Shown piece by piece: positions 1 through 9,116 of a DNA stretch of 64,000 nucleotides. This DNA is from Candidatus Gottesmanbacteria bacterium (lineage in GTDB: Bacteria; Patescibacteriota; Microgenomatia; UBA10105; UBA927). The stretch is from positions 70,206 through 134,205 of the forward strand of contig OY970230.1 in assembly GCA_963714095.1 (NCBI GenBank). The letters run 5' to 3'. Position 1 is the stretch's first letter. Each line of letters starts with the position of its first letter. The position numbers were made by a program, and so were the translations under genes. The notes beneath the pieces are model-generated. The model was given only the letters and a program-made list of their open reading frames with translations, was not told the DNA's origin and did not search any database.

Positions 1-258
1 TGCGGAGAATATTTTAATGTCGGAACCGGCAGACAATCTACAGTTAGGGATATTGTCGAGTTGGCCGTCAAAATAACGGGGAAAACCATCCCGCTCCGAT
101 GGGGTACGATGAAAAACCGGCAGTGGGATACGACAAGTTGGGTTGCCGATATATCAAAAGCAAGACAATTGTTACACTGGACACCAAAAACTTTGTTGGA
201 AGACGGCATTACGATAACCTGGAATTGGTTTCAAAAAAATTCTCGTTATTATTTATGA
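1..258 (+). CDS. NAD-dependent epimerase/dehydratase family protein, C-terminal fragment (5' end outside window)
   Basis: Frame 1 is open from base 1 and reads GEYFNVGTGRQSTVRDIVELAVKITGK...ARQLLHWTPKTLLEDGITITWNWF, a typical C-terminus of UDP-sugar 4-epimerases/4,6-dehydratases. Confidence 0.6.
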   Translation, partial: CGEYFNVGTGRQSTVRDIVELAVKITGKTIPLRWGTMKNRQWDTTSWVADISKARQLLHWTPKTLLEDGITITWNWFQKNSRYYL

Positions 259-259
259 T

Positions 260-1156
260 ATGAAGTTGACTCCTGTTGCATGTCCTATCTGCGGGTTTTA
301 TGGGGGCGATACAGTCCTGTACAAAAAAAATTTCAGTCTCAGAGACCTAAATACAAATATTTTTTCCGCGCGGCGGATCCCGGATAAAATCCATTATCAA
401 ATAGTGAAATGCAAAACGTGCGGACTCGTCAGATCTACACCGACGGTTCGACAGATTTTTCTCTATCAACTGTATAAAAAAAGTCTTTTTACTTACGATG
501 AAGAGGTTGGTAATTTAACACGTACGTACATAAAGGCGCTGAAACCGATATTACAAAAGCTACCCCGTTCTGCAAAACTATTGGAAATCGGATGCGGCAA
601 CGGGTTCCTGCTGAAAGCTCTCCATGACTTGGGATATCACAACGTCTACGGAATAGAACCCAGTCAGGATGCAATAAATAAAGCCCATACATCCATTAAA
701 AGGACTATAAAGCACGGTGTACTGAAACCGGGAATATTCAGGGAGGAAACGTTCGATTGCATTTTTTTCTTCCAAACACTTGATCATATTCCCCTTCCGA
801 ACGAATTCTTAAAAGAATGTTACCGTTTACTGAAGCATAACGGTAACATTCTCTCTTTCAACCACAATGTCGACAGTGTATCCTCAAAGTTATTGAAAGA
901 AAGTAGTCCCATAATTGACATTGAACACACGTTTCTGTACAGTCCGAAAACCATATCGTTACTTTTTAAAAAAAATAATTTTACGGTCGATACCGTGTAC
1001 GCTCCTTTGAATTATGTATCGCTGCGGCATATTATATGGTTGTTTCCCATTCCGAATACTCTGAAAAAGAGCATTCTTTTACATACACCGAATATTTTAA
1101 ATACAAGTATTCCTATAAACTTGGGGAATGTATGCTTAACAGGAAGAAAAGAATGA
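260..1156 (+). CDS. Class I SAM-dependent methyltransferase with N-terminal Cys4 zinc ribbon
   Basis: CPICG...CKTCG zinc-ribbon motif, then LEIGCGNGFLLKAL (SAM-binding motif I). The 3' end probably overlaps the next gene start. Confidence 0.6.
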   Translation: MKLTPVACPICGFYGGDTVLYKKNFSLRDLNTNIFSARRIPDKIHYQIVKCKTCGLVRSTPTVRQIFLYQLYKKSLFTYDEEVGNLTRTYIKALKPILQKLPRSAKLLEIGCGNGFLLKALHDLGYHNVYGIEPSQDAINKAHTSIKRTIKHGVLKPGIFREETFDCIFFFQTLDHIPLPNEFLKECYRLLKHNGNILSFNHNVDSVSSKLLKESSPIIDIEHTFLYSPKTISLLFKKNNFTVDTVYAPLNYVSLRHIIWLFPIPNTLKKSILLHTPNILNTSIPINLGNVCLTGRKE

Positions 1157-1869
1157 AAAGACATTTAACAAAAAACCAAAAAGATATCAGGCTCAGACTA
1201 CTGAAAATTCTTTATAAAGGGCAGTCATCGCATATAGGATCGTGTTTAAACGTCATCGATTTAATTGACTGTATCTACGCGGTCAAAAAAAAAGATGATC
1301 CGTTCGTTCTTTCGAGCGGACATGCCGCCGCATCGCTTTACACAATATTAGAAAAGTACAACTATTTGAAAAACCCCAATATCAAAAAGCTTGGATTTCA
1401 TCCGAAAAGAAACGTGAAATACGGCATCGACGTATCGACCGGCAGCCTCGGACAGGGATTGTCTATAGCTGTCGGAATGGCGTTGGCAAACCGACGCCGA
1501 GATGTCTATTGCGTTGTTTCGGACGGAGAATGCACGGAAGGCAGTATTTGGGAAAGCCTGCGTGTTGTACACGAATTAGCTCTCTATAATTTGAAAATTA
1601 TCGTTTCTGCCAACGGCTGGGGGGCTTACGGTCCGATTTACGGGAAAGATTTACAACGAAGGATTCGGGGGTTCGGTTTCACTTTAATCCATGTAGACGG
1701 CCATAATACATCACGAATTATAAAGGCGTTGCGAACGAAAAATCACAAAGCGGTTGTCTTTTTTGCTACAACATCTTCTGAACAATTGTCCTTCTTACAC
1801 GGTATTCATGCTCATTACCTCATCATGGATAGAACAAATTATCAGATTTCTATAAAGGAACTCACATGA
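1153..1869 (+). CDS. Transketolase, N-terminal (TPP-binding) subunit
   Basis: SSGHAAASLYTILEKYNYL and GSLGQGLSIAVGMALA match the transketolase N-terminal section. Split transketolases are typical of glycan-modification loci. Confidence 0.7.
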   Translation: MKRHLTKNQKDIRLRLLKILYKGQSSHIGSCLNVIDLIDCIYAVKKKDDPFVLSSGHAAASLYTILEKYNYLKNPNIKKLGFHPKRNVKYGIDVSTGSLGQGLSIAVGMALANRRRDVYCVVSDGECTEGSIWESLRVVHELALYNLKIIVSANGWGAYGPIYGKDLQRRIRGFGFTLIHVDGHNTSRIIKALRTKNHKAVVFFATTSSEQLSFLHGIHAHYLIMDRTNYQISIKELT

Positions 1870-2363
1870 AGGATTACTCTCAAAACCTACGACATCTGTT
1901 TGCCAAAACCATTCATGCATCAATGAAAACGGATAAACGGATAATTGTGCTGACCGGCGATCTGGGGTATGGAATGTGGGATGACGTGAGAAAAGATTTT
2001 CCAGCACAGTTCGTTAATGTCGGATCTGCCGAACAAGCGCTCATCGGAATATCCATCGGCCTTGCCCTTAAAGGGCTCACACCGATTACGTATTCTATAA
2101 CACCGTTTTTATTATATCGTCCATTTGAGACAATACGGAATTATTTGAATCAGGAAAGCATTCCTGTTAAACTGATCGGGTCCGGAAGAGGCAGAGATTA
2201 CCTGCATGACGGATTTTCTCATTGGTCGGAGGAAGACAAAAAAGTTATGAAGGTATTCGGTAATATAACTGCATGCTGGCCGGATACCCCGGATGAACTG
2301 ACTAAGATTATCCCCAGAATGTTGCGCGACGGAAAACCCTGGTATATTAATCTAAAAAGATAA
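1866..2363 (+). CDS. Transketolase, C-terminal (pyrimidine-binding) subunit, short form
   Basis: 4-bp overlap with the upstream subunit; DLGYGMWDDVRKDFPAQFVNVGSAEQALIGISIGLALKG is a Pyr-domain pattern. Only 165 aa, so it lacks the usual C-terminal domain. Confidence 0.55.
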   Translation: MKDYSQNLRHLFAKTIHASMKTDKRIIVLTGDLGYGMWDDVRKDFPAQFVNVGSAEQALIGISIGLALKGLTPITYSITPFLLYRPFETIRNYLNQESIPVKLIGSGRGRDYLHDGFSHWSEEDKKVMKVFGNITACWPDTPDELTKIIPRMLRDGKPWYINLKR

Positions 2364-3317
2364 ATGGAAATACCCAAAATTTCGGCAATCGTTGCCTGTT
2401 ATAAAGATGAAAAGGCAATTCCTATAATGCACGCCCGTCTTACCGCGGTGTTTAAAAAAATGAAGGTCCATTACGAATTAATTTTCGTCAATGACGGAAG
2501 CCCCGACTCATCGGAGGAAGTGTTAAAAAAAATAGTAGCCAGGGATAACCATACAATAGCCGTTACTCATTCGCGTAATTTCGGTTCCCAAATGGCTTTC
2601 ACGAGCGGTATGGATATTTCGACCGGCGACGCCATCGTATTTTTGGACGGGGATCTGCAGGATCCGCCTGAGGTTATTGAAAAATTTTATGAGAAATGGA
2701 GGGAAGGGTATCAAATCGTGTACGGCGTCCGCGAAAAAAGGGAAGCACCGTTGATTATTCAATTTGCGTACAAATTATTTTACCGGATTTTTCATAGCAT
2801 GTCCTATATTTCCATGCCATTAGATGCAGGTGATTTTTCATTAATCGACAGAAGAGCTGTCGAAGTATTAAAAATGTTTCCGGAACGAGACAGATTTTTA
2901 CGTGGATTACGGGCGTGGATCGGCTTCCGTCAAACAGGTGTTACCTATACACGGAAGGAACGGGTGTTCGGAAAATCTACAAATAGTTTGCTCAAAAACT
3001 TTGAGTGGGCCAAACGGGGTATTTTTTCTTTTTCATACGTTCCACTACAATTGGTGACAATGGTCTCATTATGTACGTTTATAGCCTCTGTACTGGCTAT
3101 GTTTTTACAAATACTGTTAAGACTACTCCTGCCGAATCTTGCTCCAAAAGGCACAACAACGATATTAATAGCCGTATTATTTATCGGATCCATACAGCTT
3201 CTCTGTATAAGCGTGCTGGGAGAATATATAGGAAGAATTTTTGAAGAGGTGAAACAAAGACCAAAATATATTGTAAAGAATATCATGAGAAAGCACGATC
3301 GTGTATCATCCTCATAA
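2364..3317 (+). CDS. GT2 family polyprenyl-phosphate glycosyltransferase (DPM1/ArnC/GtrB-like) with C-terminal TM helices
   Basis: SAIVACYKDE...FVNDGSPD...DGDLQDPPE (DxD region of GT-A fold) and two C-terminal hydrophobic helices. Confidence 0.7.
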   Translation: MEIPKISAIVACYKDEKAIPIMHARLTAVFKKMKVHYELIFVNDGSPDSSEEVLKKIVARDNHTIAVTHSRNFGSQMAFTSGMDISTGDAIVFLDGDLQDPPEVIEKFYEKWREGYQIVYGVREKREAPLIIQFAYKLFYRIFHSMSYISMPLDAGDFSLIDRRAVEVLKMFPERDRFLRGLRAWIGFRQTGVTYTRKERVFGKSTNSLLKNFEWAKRGIFSFSYVPLQLVTMVSLCTFIASVLAMFLQILLRLLLPNLAPKGTTTILIAVLFIGSIQLLCISVLGEYIGRIFEEVKQRPKYIVKNIMRKHDRVSSS

Positions 3318-3339
3318 AACATACGTGCGTTCCCGTCAG

Positions 3340-4503
3340 TTATTTACTGCAAATAAGCCGTGTTGTATCCGAAAAGACGGAGTACTGACCGCTTCCGGTA
3401 TCTGCGCCTGCGACGGTCGCGTACGCATATCGGCCGTAATAGACAGTATTATTTTTGAATACGGCAGATACGGTAAGCGCATTTCCATAGGTGTTAACGA
3501 CGTCACTTCCACCGTCAGCCGTGCCGATCTCAAGCCAATAGGAGGCGGCACCCGTAACAGACGGGAAATTTACGGTAACGTTCCAAGTATTTTGGTTCGG
3601 ACCGTTGTTATACGTTCCGCAGGTAACATTTGAAGTTGCCGTCGGTTTTGTCAGTGAATAATAAGAATTTACGGTCAAAACGATAAAAGCCGCTGGTGCG
3701 GTAACCGCAACCGGCGCGGAAGAAGCGATATCCGTGTCAGTCCCGTCACTCTGTCTCTGTTTGAGTACGGCTATAACTGAATAGGAATTACCGGTAGTGG
3801 AATTATCCCATTCCCAGACGGTTCCGTTAACCGGAATAAGGTTGTCTACAGCTACCTGATACGATGAACCGCTGGCCAATTTTTGCAGAACGACAATCCG
3901 TGAATTAATCGGGGCTTCTCCGTGGAAGCTAATATTTCCTGAAAGAGCAGCAATAGATGGTGTCGGAGTCGCACTCGCAGTCGCGGGATTGCTTGCAGTC
4001 GGCGACAGAGGGATTGGTGCGGAAGAAGGTTCTCCGGTTGGTACGAGAGTTGGCGACGGCGCCTGGGAATTCACATTGAATTGGACATTCAGTGACGGAG
4101 CCGAAACCGTAACGATTTGTGATGTTCCGATTACTCTGCTTGTCGGATCCAGAAGCGTGACCTTTAAATCGTAACTGGTTTTACCCGTGGCCTTGGAATA
4201 AGAAAATATTTGATTTGATTTTGCGGGAAGGTTTTGCACAACAGTACTAAACTGTTGGGTTCCGGCTACCCGGGCTTCCACATTCATCGTGGAACCATCA
4301 GGAATAAACCCATTGATACTGATAGATCCCAAAATAGTTGCAGCAATTGTACCTGTAGGAACCGTAGATAGGCCCTCCGGAGTAAATTCTTGTGTAACAG
4401 GAGTCTGAGACACGGTGTTATGGCGCGGGTAGAAAAGCGTTGCATACAGTCCTGTGAAAAAGGCGGCTGCAAGAACAATGGCGGCTAGAATGGTAGATTT
4501 CAC
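3340..4503 (-). CDS. Secreted or membrane-anchored Ser/Thr/Pro-rich surface protein
   Basis: N-terminal signal/TM (MKSTILAAIVLAAAFFTGLY), long low-complexity T/S/P/A tracts, no catalytic motif. Confidence 0.5.
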   Translation of the reverse strand: MKSTILAAIVLAAAFFTGLYATLFYPRHNTVSQTPVTQEFTPEGLSTVPTGTIAATILGSISINGFIPDGSTMNVEARVAGTQQFSTVVQNLPAKSNQIFSYSKATGKTSYDLKVTLLDPTSRVIGTSQIVTVSAPSLNVQFNVNSQAPSPTLVPTGEPSSAPIPLSPTASNPATASATPTPSIAALSGNISFHGEAPINSRIVVLQKLASGSSYQVAVDNLIPVNGTVWEWDNSTTGNSYSVIAVLKQRQSDGTDTDIASSAPVAVTAPAAFIVLTVNSYYSLTKPTATSNVTCGTYNNGPNQNTWNVTVNFPSVTGAASYWLEIGTADGGSDVVNTYGNALTVSAVFKNNTVYYGRYAYATVAGADTGSGQYSVFSDTTRLICSK

Positions 4504-5113
4504 ATTTCCAGCGTATCACGAGTATTTGCAGGTGACAATAAAGATTGTGAGCTGCTTATGGTACGTTGCTCCATATTTTCTACAATTCGTTCCGCAATAG
4601 AACCTATAGTTATGGTATAATCGTACAATGCCAGCCAATAACGAGTGTCTGCAATTACGGTTAGGTGAAAAAGTTCCGTGTCGGGGGGATGCCGAATACT
4701 ATGCAAAGGAATTGATTTGTCCTTTTTTAAAATGCATGGCTGCCGTAGCCTTAAGTGACCCTTATGGTTTACTAAAAAATGTTATGGGGAATCAAGTTAC
4801 GTTTCATGCAGCATCAGTCGTTCGAGAAGTTGTCTTCCATATGGTTTGTCCGGGATCTTTTAATCCTAATGCTGATGAAAATAAACTATTTGAGTATACT
4901 CCGGAAAAACCATTCATTGAATCGCCGGAATGGCTTAATCAATAGCACATTTCTGAATTTCCAAAACAAAGTGAGCGAGCTGTCCCGTAGGTGGAACACT
5001 ATACTCCCAAGTCTCCTGGCCACGTACGAAAAACTTCAGAAACTCGGATTTACCTACTGTGACGGCAAAGTTACTGTTATTATACCCGATTTAAACGGGA
5101 AAAAAGGAGGATC

Positions 5114-5611
5114 ATGAATAATCTTATTCTTTCCGGTGTTAAAAAACTGTTTCATCTGTCACCCGACCTCGTTCAATCTCAGCTTTTTAACGAGACCACG
5201 TTCTACAAACGGTTTATAACCGATCTTAAGCGCTCTAGAACGGAAGTTATCATCGAAAGCCCGTACATTACATCTCAACGCATGTTTCACCTGACAGAAG
5301 TCTTCAGAGAGTTGGTTCGAAGGAAGGTAAAGGTTTACGTTATCACCCGCGATCCGGACGACCACGATCCAAATCTCAAACGACAGGCAGAATGTGAGAT
5401 CAGACAGTTTGAAACGATGGGAATCCAGGTTTTAATCAGTAATGAATATTCTCACCGGAAACTGGCTATTATTGACCGGAAAGTACTTTGGGAAGGCAGC
5501 TTAAATATTCTCTCCCATACCTGCAGCCGGGAAATTATGAGGCGGATTGACAGTGAAGCTCAAGCCAAGGAATGTTTCAAGTTTATTAACCTTGGAAAAT
5601 ACATTTATTAA
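5114..5611 (+). CDS. Phospholipase D-family (single HKD) nuclease, Nuc-like
   Basis: HRKLAIIDRKVLWEGSLN is an HxK(x4)D...GSxN HKD motif. At 165 aa it is the size of dimeric Nuc-type endonucleases. Good RBS (AAAAGGAGGATC) upstream. Confidence 0.6.
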   Translation: MNNLILSGVKKLFHLSPDLVQSQLFNETTFYKRFITDLKRSRTEVIIESPYITSQRMFHLTEVFRELVRRKVKVYVITRDPDDHDPNLKRQAECEIRQFETMGIQVLISNEYSHRKLAIIDRKVLWEGSLNILSHTCSREIMRRIDSEAQAKECFKFINLGKYIY

Positions 5612-5627
5612 CAAACAATGGTAAATT

Positions 5628-5861
5628 GTGTATAATCGCACTATGAGCAAAATCGGCGGATACCAATTAAACGAAAAAGATATCGATGGCGTCCTTCGAT
5701 TTCTGAAAGCTACCGATCCAGAACATGCCACACCGGAGATGGCTATGGCCTTACTGGCGCATCTTAAAGCTCATTATCACATAAAAGCTTATCTTGAACC
5801 TGAGGAACTCGAAAAAGAGTATAAGGAACTTCTACACGAGATAGAAATGAAGAAGAATTAA
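5628..5861 (+). CDS. Small hypothetical protein (77 aa), helical
   Basis: ORF only. Sits between the PLD nuclease and the convergent HTH gene. Confidence 0.3.
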   Translation: MYNRTMSKIGGYQLNEKDIDGVLRFLKATDPEHATPEMAMALLAHLKAHYHIKAYLEPEELEKEYKELLHEIEMKKN

Positions 5862-6082
5862 AACGAGAGAATTTCCGAAGATTTAACCCCAAGAGCTCCC
5901 AAAATCTTTTTAAGTGTAATGACAGATGGAATAGCATCACCGCGTTCAACTTTAGCGTAAAAATTACTGTTCAAACCGGCTTTCTTGGCTACGTCAGTTT
6001 GAAACAAACCTTTTTTGAGACGGTATTTTTTCAATTTCGAAGCGATGTCCTGCCTTGTCTTTTCATCCTGCGGGTTAAGCAT
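5858..6082 (-). CDS. XRE-family helix-turn-helix transcriptional regulator
   Basis: KKGLFQTDVAKKAGLNSNFYAKVERGDAIPSVITLKKILGALGV is an HTH_3 pattern. Its first 12 codons lie inside the direct repeat. Confidence 0.6.
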   Translation of the reverse strand: MLNPQDEKTRQDIASKLKKYRLKKGLFQTDVAKKAGLNSNFYAKVERGDAIPSVITLKKILGALGVKSSEILSF

Positions 6083-6096
6083 ATAGGGATAGTATA
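6045..6096. repeat. Direct repeat copy 1 (~52 bp), covers the HTH start codon plus upstream sequence
   Basis: at[g/t]tcctgccttgtcttttcatcctgc[ggg/aga]ttaagcata[t/c]agggatagtata recurs at 8331–8382 with about 5 mismatches. Confidence 0.85.
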
Positions 6097-6167
6097 CATC
6101 AACGGTCTACTTTTCTGGAAATATTTATTGGTGTTACTTTTCTATTTATGGCCAAATTTAGTACAAT

Positions 6168-6683
6168 ATGGGCATATTAATTGATATGGATATTAAACAC
6201 TTTATAAGCGGGATACAAACAATTAACTGGGGTAATGTTCTTACTGCAATTTTAGGTATCTATGGGGCCATTTTAACAACTTATACGATTTACAAACAGC
6301 GAAAAGATAAAAAACCTAACGTAAAAACTTCTATATCAATGGGCTTTATGACTGGTGGCTTTGGAGCGAGTGAACTATTTCTTTTTGTTAAGGCCGCAAA
6401 TCATGGTGAAACTCCGGTTGTTCTTAGTTCTTGGCAATTAATATTACCCCATAAAAGACAATTAATTTACCCAAATGCCAACGGACAATCACACTTACCG
6501 TTTGCTTTGGAACAAAACAGAAATTATCAAGTATGGGTACCAGTCAAGGTAATAGCACGATCTTTGAATAAGTATGGATATAAAAACAAAATAAATATAA
6601 AGGCGGTCTATTTTGATGAACTAGAAAATAAGTATATTAGTAAAGATTTTAAGTTCGATATTAAGGAGTGGTTAAAGGAATAA
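6168..6683 (+). CDS. Small membrane protein (1 TM), hypothetical; first gene of the repeat-bracketed cassette
   Basis: TM helix VLTAILGIYGAILTTYTIY; no known motif. Confidence 0.4.
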   Translation: MGILIDMDIKHFISGIQTINWGNVLTAILGIYGAILTTYTIYKQRKDKKPNVKTSISMGFMTGGFGASELFLFVKAANHGETPVVLSSWQLILPHKRQLIYPNANGQSHLPFALEQNRNYQVWVPVKVIARSLNKYGYKNKINIKAVYFDELENKYISKDFKFDIKEWLKE

Positions 6684-6688
6684 ATACT

Positions 6689-8320
6689 ATGACAGATATT
6701 AAGTCACCATTTTTAAGATTTAGACACGGGACACCACTACAGGTTACTCCTGAAATACAACAGTCAATAAAGATATTCGTTGACCAGTATAAAAAGGAAG
6801 GCGAAGCCGCATTTAAAACACTTACTGAGGATATTGCTGACGGCTCTGGTTGGGGCATTCACCCTAACTCAACTTGGTATCGGGCAATTTACGAACTCTT
6901 TCGTATATACCGTGAGTGGGATGAACCGAACAGACAAGAAGCGCTTAAAAAGATTGTTGAAATAATCGAAGCGCTCGCATCTGACACCAATCCTGAAACG
7001 ATATGGGACAAAGTCGCTAATCTTATTAACGATAACATAGAAATTATTAGTGGATGGGAATACTCCCATATAAAACGGTTCAGCGAAGAAGAACATCTTA
7101 TTAGAGACACTGACGGTTCTTATTACAAAGAAGAAAATGGAAGAAAAATCCAAGTCATCGGTACAAAAACCCTTGAAGAAAATAAGTTTGGTTATATTGA
7201 AGACAACATTACTCGTGAACACGGCAACATTGGCATGTTACTAAAATTTATCGAGGAAGTATTTATTTCCCTTGACTTTAAACAAAATCCAAAGCACTAC
7301 CACAAACAACTACAATTCGCACTAAGTGAAAGTGATAATGACACGTGGTTTTTACATGGTTGTTGGCGCGTAAACTCCGCTTATGAGCTTATCCCTATCG
7401 CTTGGCATCCAAGATCCTGTTTTACCGATATTGAGTGGTTGAAAGCCGAAATGATTACTTTATTGGCAAACAAATGTCAGGTTTCTAAAGATGCTATCCC
7501 GGAAATAACTGTGGACGATGATAGTCTATTACAATTTCAAAAAGCTTTTAAAGGGTATCCCACTCAATATGAAGTTTCATTAGACACAAATGTATTACTT
7601 AGCAGTAATCCATTCGGAAAAACACCCCCAGAAGTATATATAGATTTTGGTGATAGAACTATCAGATGGATTAACGGAACAAAATATGTGTTTCCATCAC
7701 TCATTATTCCATCAAAGGATGATAATTATGAGGACGCCCGACAGATTGCACAAAAGTTTGTTAACGCTATTGTATTTTCAGAAAAAATACCCATTAGGAT
7801 TGTCTGGAGTGCCGGTTGCCCAAGTAAATTTCCACCATTAATAAGGCAACCAAGGTTAAGTATATTCATGGGTGTATCACAAGAAATACTGGGCTTACTA
7901 AGTCAACCTAAAAATGATAAAGAATGGGAAGCACTTTCCTATTACAAGGAAGCAGTTAATTCACAAAGTCCTTATTACAAATATGTGTGTTATTACAATG
8001 TCGTAAAACTAGCATTCCTTAATCCGAGCACAAATGATGAAGACAATACTAAAACCGACGATTGGATTAATAAACAAATCCTGAGGTCGGATATTACATC
8101 ACTACAGAAAAAGCTAACCTTACAAAATAGAACATTAGGGGAATATCTTAGGCACGAGGGTGGCAGGGATGCTATCCTACATGTTGGAACTCTTACAAGA
8201 GGCGGAACGCATTCAACCTTAAAACCTGACAATCAAGTGGATAGGCAGAAAATTGAAGAAATAATACCAGTTGTCGAGGAACTAGCTATAAAAGTTATTG
8301 AAACAGGACTGTTGAAATAA
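6689..8320 (+). CDS. Large hypothetical protein (~544 aa), no recognisable motifs; second gene of the cassette
   Basis: Long intact ORF overlapping the upstream gene. Start taken as MTDIKSPF. Confidence 0.5.
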   Translation: MTDIKSPFLRFRHGTPLQVTPEIQQSIKIFVDQYKKEGEAAFKTLTEDIADGSGWGIHPNSTWYRAIYELFRIYREWDEPNRQEALKKIVEIIEALASDTNPETIWDKVANLINDNIEIISGWEYSHIKRFSEEEHLIRDTDGSYYKEENGRKIQVIGTKTLEENKFGYIEDNITREHGNIGMLLKFIEEVFISLDFKQNPKHYHKQLQFALSESDNDTWFLHGCWRVNSAYELIPIAWHPRSCFTDIEWLKAEMITLLANKCQVSKDAIPEITVDDDSLLQFQKAFKGYPTQYEVSLDTNVLLSSNPFGKTPPEVYIDFGDRTIRWINGTKYVFPSLIIPSKDDNYEDARQIAQKFVNAIVFSEKIPIRIVWSAGCPSKFPPLIRQPRLSIFMGVSQEILGLLSQPKNDKEWEALSYYKEAVNSQSPYYKYVCYYNVVKLAFLNPSTNDEDNTKTDDWINKQILRSDITSLQKKLTLQNRTLGEYLRHEGGRDAILHVGTLTRGGTHSTLKPDNQVDRQKIEEIIPVVEELAIKVIETGLLK

Positions 8321-8330
8321 TTTTGAGGTT

Positions 8331-8382
8331 ATTTCCTGCCTTGTCTTTTCATCCTGCAGATTAAGCATACAGGGATAGTATA
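8331..8382. repeat. Direct repeat copy 2, includes a remnant of the HTH N-terminus (MLNLQDEKTRQ) with no gene body
   Basis: Its reverse complement encodes the same first 11–12 codons as the gene at 5858–6082, and then the match ends. Confidence 0.85.
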
Positions 8383-8480
8383 GCAAAAATCGGGATCTGA
8401 GTCTGCAAAGTGTACAAATTGTTAATCAGTATCTATATTGATAGAATAAATACGCTTGACGTAAATTATCGAAGTATTTT

Positions 8481-8858
8481 ATGACTATCTTAGAAGTAAC
8501 AAGCATCGCTAATGTAATTATCCTGCTCATAACTGTTGTGGTAGCCGGAATTTATGCGTGGCTTACTCATGGAATAAGAGAAACATCCATCCAACAACTA
8601 AAACATAGCTTAATGCCATTTCCAATCGTTTATTTAAAGGGCAGAGATTTAAAGGGACATCTAAATACAATCTTTTTAGTTAAAAACATCGGAAATGGAA
8701 CAGCGTTGAATATACAAATTGAGGATTTCAATTTACACATAAAGGACAATATTAACGGCAGAAAAATTGATGAGAAATATAAGATGACTTTAAAAATGAA
8801 AAATCCGAACATTTTAGAAAAGGGTGGAGAAAGTGAATTAATAACAGAACATTCTTAA
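8481..8858 (+). CDS. Small N-terminally membrane-anchored hypothetical protein
   Basis: TM helix IANVIILLITVVVAGIYAWL. A promoter-like TTGACG-N17-TATTTT lies upstream. Confidence 0.35.
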   Translation: MTILEVTSIANVIILLITVVVAGIYAWLTHGIRETSIQQLKHSLMPFPIVYLKGRDLKGHLNTIFLVKNIGNGTALNIQIEDFNLHIKDNINGRKIDEKYKMTLKMKNPNILEKGGESELITEHS

Positions 8859-8869
8859 ATAACAAAAGT

Positions 8870-9073
8870 ATGGGCCCTGGATATAGCTTATCTCCATATC
8901 TCGATCCAAGATTTTCAAATATGGAAATCCCTTTAACGCTCAATTATCTTGACATCACAGGCAGAAAATATTCAACTAAAATTAGTTTTGGAACAGGGAA
9001 ATTGAATATAATCGAGCCCCCTCGTGAAGAAAAACTTAAAAAAGCAACTCAACTTTCAAGTGAACTACCATGA
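8870..9073 (+). CDS. Hypothetical small protein (possibly the frameshifted continuation of 8481–8858)
   Basis: ORF only; different frame from the upstream gene. Confidence 0.2.
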   Translation: MGPGYSLSPYLDPRFSNMEIPLTLNYLDITGRKYSTKISFGTGKLNIIEPPREEKLKKATQLSSELP

Positions 9074-9116
9074 TATTTCTTGAACAAAATCTTCAGTTAA
9101 TAACTGAATCATATAC

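Noticed and set aside
4504-5113. Search for a direct repeat of the tRNA-Lys 3' end (attR) marking the left island boundary
   Set aside because: Only a weak partial resemblance was found (GTCGGGGGGATGCCGAA at ~4676 vs GTCGGCAGGGGCTCGAA). It is not convincing without computational alignment.
4628-5117. ORFs 4628..4945 and 4779..5117 in the gap between the surface protein and the PLD nuclease
   Set aside because: They overlap each other, have no RBS or motif, and the composition looks non-coding. The stretch is more likely intergenic or an island boundary.
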